A stretch of DNA of 64,000 bases, from positions 3,170-67,169 of the forward strand of contig JAKSTC010000001.1 in the NCBI GenBank assembly GCA_024402765.1, written 5' to 3'. The notes under the pieces were generated by a model, which did no database searches, had not been told where the DNA came from, and saw nothing but the letters and a program-made list of their open reading frames with translations. A program made the translations under genes and the position numbers. This document shows, piece after piece, positions 61,492 through 64,000 of the stretch. The stretch is from Alphaproteobacteria bacterium (GTDB lineage: Bacteria > Pseudomonadota > Alphaproteobacteria > Rs-D84). The first letter of the stretch is position 1. The number at the start of each line of letters is the position of its first letter.

Positions 61492-61567
61492 TGGTGGACG
61501 CGCAGGGATTCGAACCCTGGACCCACTGATTAAGAGTCAGTTGCTCTACCAACTGAGCTACGCATCC
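61492..61567 (-). tRNA. tRNA-Lys (anticodon CTT)
   Basis: Manual fold: GGATGCG acceptor, anticodon loop CTCTTAA, T-arm CAGGG-TTCGAAT-CCCTG, encoded CCA. Confidence 0.8.
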
Positions 61568-61617
61568 AGAACTGTGTGCAGTATTATAAAATAATTTCCT
61601 ATAAAATCAAGTTTTTA

Positions 61618-62679
61618 CTATTTTTTAAGGTAAGACTGTGGGTTATAGGCCTTGGTTCCCTTGCGAACCTCAAAATGTAACTGGGGGCCATCAACCTTGC
61701 CCGTTGTTCCAACGGTACCAATTTGCTGACCAACCGTTACCTTTGCCCCACGTTTTACCAACATCTTATCCATATGGGCATAAACCGTCATCCAACCACC
61801 ACTATGTTGCAAGATTATCAGGTTCCCCATACCCTTTACTTCGTTCCCAGCATATGCGACAACACCATTTTCCGCGGCCGACACCGCCGTTCCCCGTTTT
61901 GCAGATATGTTTATACCATCATTAAACAAACCGTTTGATTTCGCACCATATTCAGAAACCACTTTGCCACGCACCGGCCATGAAAACTTTGACGAAGAAC
62001 GCGCACTAATTGTCGGCAATTTTTTTGTCGGATCCGAAGATATTTTTTCAGGCACCTTTTTAATCGCAGACGATGCAACGGTATTTTGTTGTGATACAGT
62101 TGCCTTTTCCGTCTGGGCCACCACCGATTCGTTTTTAATAGCCCCCGACGCATTATCAGGTACACGAATTTGCTGACCCACCGACAATGCAAATGGCGCA
62201 TCTAAATTATTCATTACCGCCAAATCATTTACTGGCACAGAATATTTACGCGACAAAGAATACAATGTATCACCCGCCCCAACCGTTACAATTTTTGTAG
62301 CAGTCCGATTCGATTTAGCACTTGTTGTTATATTGGTGTTTTCTTCAAACACACCACCATACATTGGCACAACCAAATAATCGTCTGTTTTGCTTTCTGA
62401 TCTTTGTTCCGGCATAACATAATCATCAACACTGCCATACATAACATTAGCATTCGTATCATATGAACCATAGATATTACTTGATTCATAAACACCATAA
62501 TCAGAAACCGCAGAATTATATATTTCCGGCTGGGCATCTGGATCCGCCAACAATGCAGGATACCGTTCAGAAATAAAATCACCCACCGAATCAGGCAATG
62601 ATATTATTTTAGGTTGCAAATCACACCCCGCGAGCAACGGTAAAATTCCCATTAAAAATATAGACGTTATTTTTTTCAC
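61618..62679 (-). CDS. nlpD: LysM-domain M23 peptidase lipoprotein (NlpD-like)
   Basis: Lipobox LLAGC, LysM (YTVGAGDTLYSLSRKY) and M23 motifs (HMDKMLV...GTTG...GPQLHFEVR). Confidence 0.75.
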   Translation of the reverse strand: MKKITSIFLMGILPLLAGCDLQPKIISLPDSVGDFISERYPALLADPDAQPEIYNSAVSDYGVYESSNIYGSYDTNANVMYGSVDDYVMPEQRSESKTDDYLVVPMYGGVFEENTNITTSAKSNRTATKIVTVGAGDTLYSLSRKYSVPVNDLAVMNNLDAPFALSVGQQIRVPDNASGAIKNESVVAQTEKATVSQQNTVASSAIKKVPEKISSDPTKKLPTISARSSSKFSWPVRGKVVSEYGAKSNGLFNDGINISAKRGTAVSAAENGVVAYAGNEVKGMGNLIILQHSGGWMTVYAHMDKMLVKRGAKVTVGQQIGTVGTTGKVDGPQLHFEVRKGTKAYNPQSYLKK

Positions 62680-62706
62680 GCGTCTATTATATCACAAAAA
62701 AAGACA

Positions 62707-63411
62707 TTAATCACGCATAAACAGTAAACTTAATTCAAACAATCCCCACATCGGCAACGCCAATAAAATTTGTGAAACAACATCAGGTGGTGTTAATACC
62801 GCCGCCGCAATAACAATGATAACGATTGCATAGCGTCTGAAACCAACAACACTTGCGCGCGGCAGGACACCAATTCGGTTAAGCAGAACCATAGCCAATG
62901 GTAACTGAAACGCAATTCCAAAAACCTTTAACATACCAATTGCAAAAGACAGATAATCACGCATTGCTGGTAAAAATAATACCGGCACAGATAAACCCTG
63001 ATTTAATTCAATAAAAAACTTAAACACAAACGGGAACAAAATATAGAAAGCAAACCCTGCCCCCAACACAAACAAAATTGGCGACAAAATTAATACAGGC
63101 CAAATAAAATGTTTTTCTTTTTCTTTTAAACCCGGCGCCACAAACGCCCAAATATGCCACAGCAACGCAGGAATTGTTACAACCAACGAAACAACAAATG
63201 CCAACGACAGACGAATCATTAAACCATCTGTGATTCCACTATACAGCAACACACCATCCGACCAAACCCGTAACAATGGTGCAACCATAACATCTTGCAA
63301 ATATGGCGCGACATACCACCCCACAACAAAGGCACAACAAAAAATCAACAGCGTCCACAAAAAACGGCGTCTAAGTTCTGAAAAATGTTGCATCAGTGTC
63401 ATCTTTTTCAT
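62707..63411 (-). CDS. tatC: Sec-independent protein translocase TatC
   Basis: Six TM segments with TatC signature regions (HFSELRRR, ...LTPPDVVSQ). Confidence 0.8.
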   Translation of the reverse strand: MKKMTLMQHFSELRRRFLWTLLIFCCAFVVGWYVAPYLQDVMVAPLLRVWSDGVLLYSGITDGLMIRLSLAFVVSLVVTIPALLWHIWAFVAPGLKEKEKHFIWPVLILSPILFVLGAGFAFYILFPFVFKFFIELNQGLSVPVLFLPAMRDYLSFAIGMLKVFGIAFQLPLAMVLLNRIGVLPRASVVGFRRYAIVIIVIAAAVLTPPDVVSQILLALPMWGLFELSLLFMRD

Positions 63412-63686
63412 TTTGATTTTTTCGCCCTTTTGCGTTTTGTTGCATTAACTGAAAAATCAGACAAAATATCATCTGTGGTTGTATGAATCAAATCGTCAAT
63501 TGGTTTTTGCAAATCAATCTGTTCCTGAATCTGTTCCGAAGCATCAGTTATTTTCCAAATCAAATTACGAATAAATTTTACGATACGCGCCAAGAATTTT
63601 GCGACATCAGGCCAATATCGCGCAGGTATAACAAATATCGCGACCAAGACAATTACAAAAAATTCATACCAACTTATACCAAACAT
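63408..63686 (-). CDS. tatB: TatA/TatB family translocase component (probably TatB)
   Basis: MFGISWYEFFVIVLVAIFVIPARYWP: N-terminal TM plus amphipathic helix. Overlaps the tatC start. Confidence 0.65.
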   Translation of the reverse strand: MFGISWYEFFVIVLVAIFVIPARYWPDVAKFLARIVKFIRNLIWKITDASEQIQEQIDLQKPIDDLIHTTTDDILSDFSVNATKRKRAKKSK

Positions 63687-63688
63687 TT

Positions 63689-64000
63689 TTAATCATAAAA
63701 GTCATCACCGCCACTGGTATTAACAACCTTGTGTCGTTGAATTTGAAAATAGTTTTTATCAAAATCTGTTTTTTTCTTTAGGTCGGAAAACACAACATCC
63801 GTTTTTGCCCCCGTTGCATCAACAACCGTCCAAGAATTTAATTTCACAGGATTTTTATTAAACACAACCGTCATATTCCCAAGTCCCATTTGATCACGCA
63901 AAAACATCTTTAATGAAAAAGTATTTTTTGCATCATTGGTTTCAGAAACAACAATATCTGCATTTTGCAAATCTATATTTTTACGAACCAAAATCCCGGC
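63689..64000 (-). CDS. Partial CDS (C-terminal part; N-terminus beyond window end), possibly LolA-like
   Basis: The frame stays open to the window edge and the listed start is a TTG. No confident family. Confidence 0.25.
   Translation of the reverse strand, partial: AGILVRKNIDLQNADIVVSETNDAKNTFSLKMFLRDQMGLGNMTVVFNKNPVKLNSWTVVDATGAKTDVVFSDLKKKTDFDKNYFQIQRHKVVNTSGGDDFYD

Overview
AT-rich (~35% GC) chromosomal segment of a reduced, probably alphaproteobacterial (Rickettsiales/Holosporales-like) genome. It carries a housekeeping backbone: fabF-acpP, lepA, rbfA, ftsEX, plsC, tolB, fba, efp, ppa, dnaN, rluD, uvrC, pgsA, dnaJ, parE, dnaA, dprA, plsY, rpsT, sufBC, ruvX, gatCAB, miaB, nlpD, tatBC. 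Three tRNAs are present (Pro, Phe, Lys). Accessory material is interleaved with the backbone: (i) seven Sec-secreted paralogs carrying phage-tail-fibre-type repeats at two loci; (ii) a tRNA-Lys-associated islet with tandem 165-bp units that each reiterate the tRNA 3' end, next to a GIY-YIG nuclease gene, with a related element beside tRNA-Pro; (iii) a lipoprotein secretin plus a TcpQ-like gene, an orphan type IV pilin and a VirB2-like pilin; (iv) a degenerate P4-type integrase-like gene wedged between lepA and acpP; (v) several MITE-like nested palindromic repeats, one of which abuts ftsE; (vi) an RHH plus unknown gene pair under a near-consensus promoter; (vii) gatCAB interrupted by two unknown genes and tRNA-Phe. 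All calls rest on reading the six-frame translations and motifs by eye; no database search was run.
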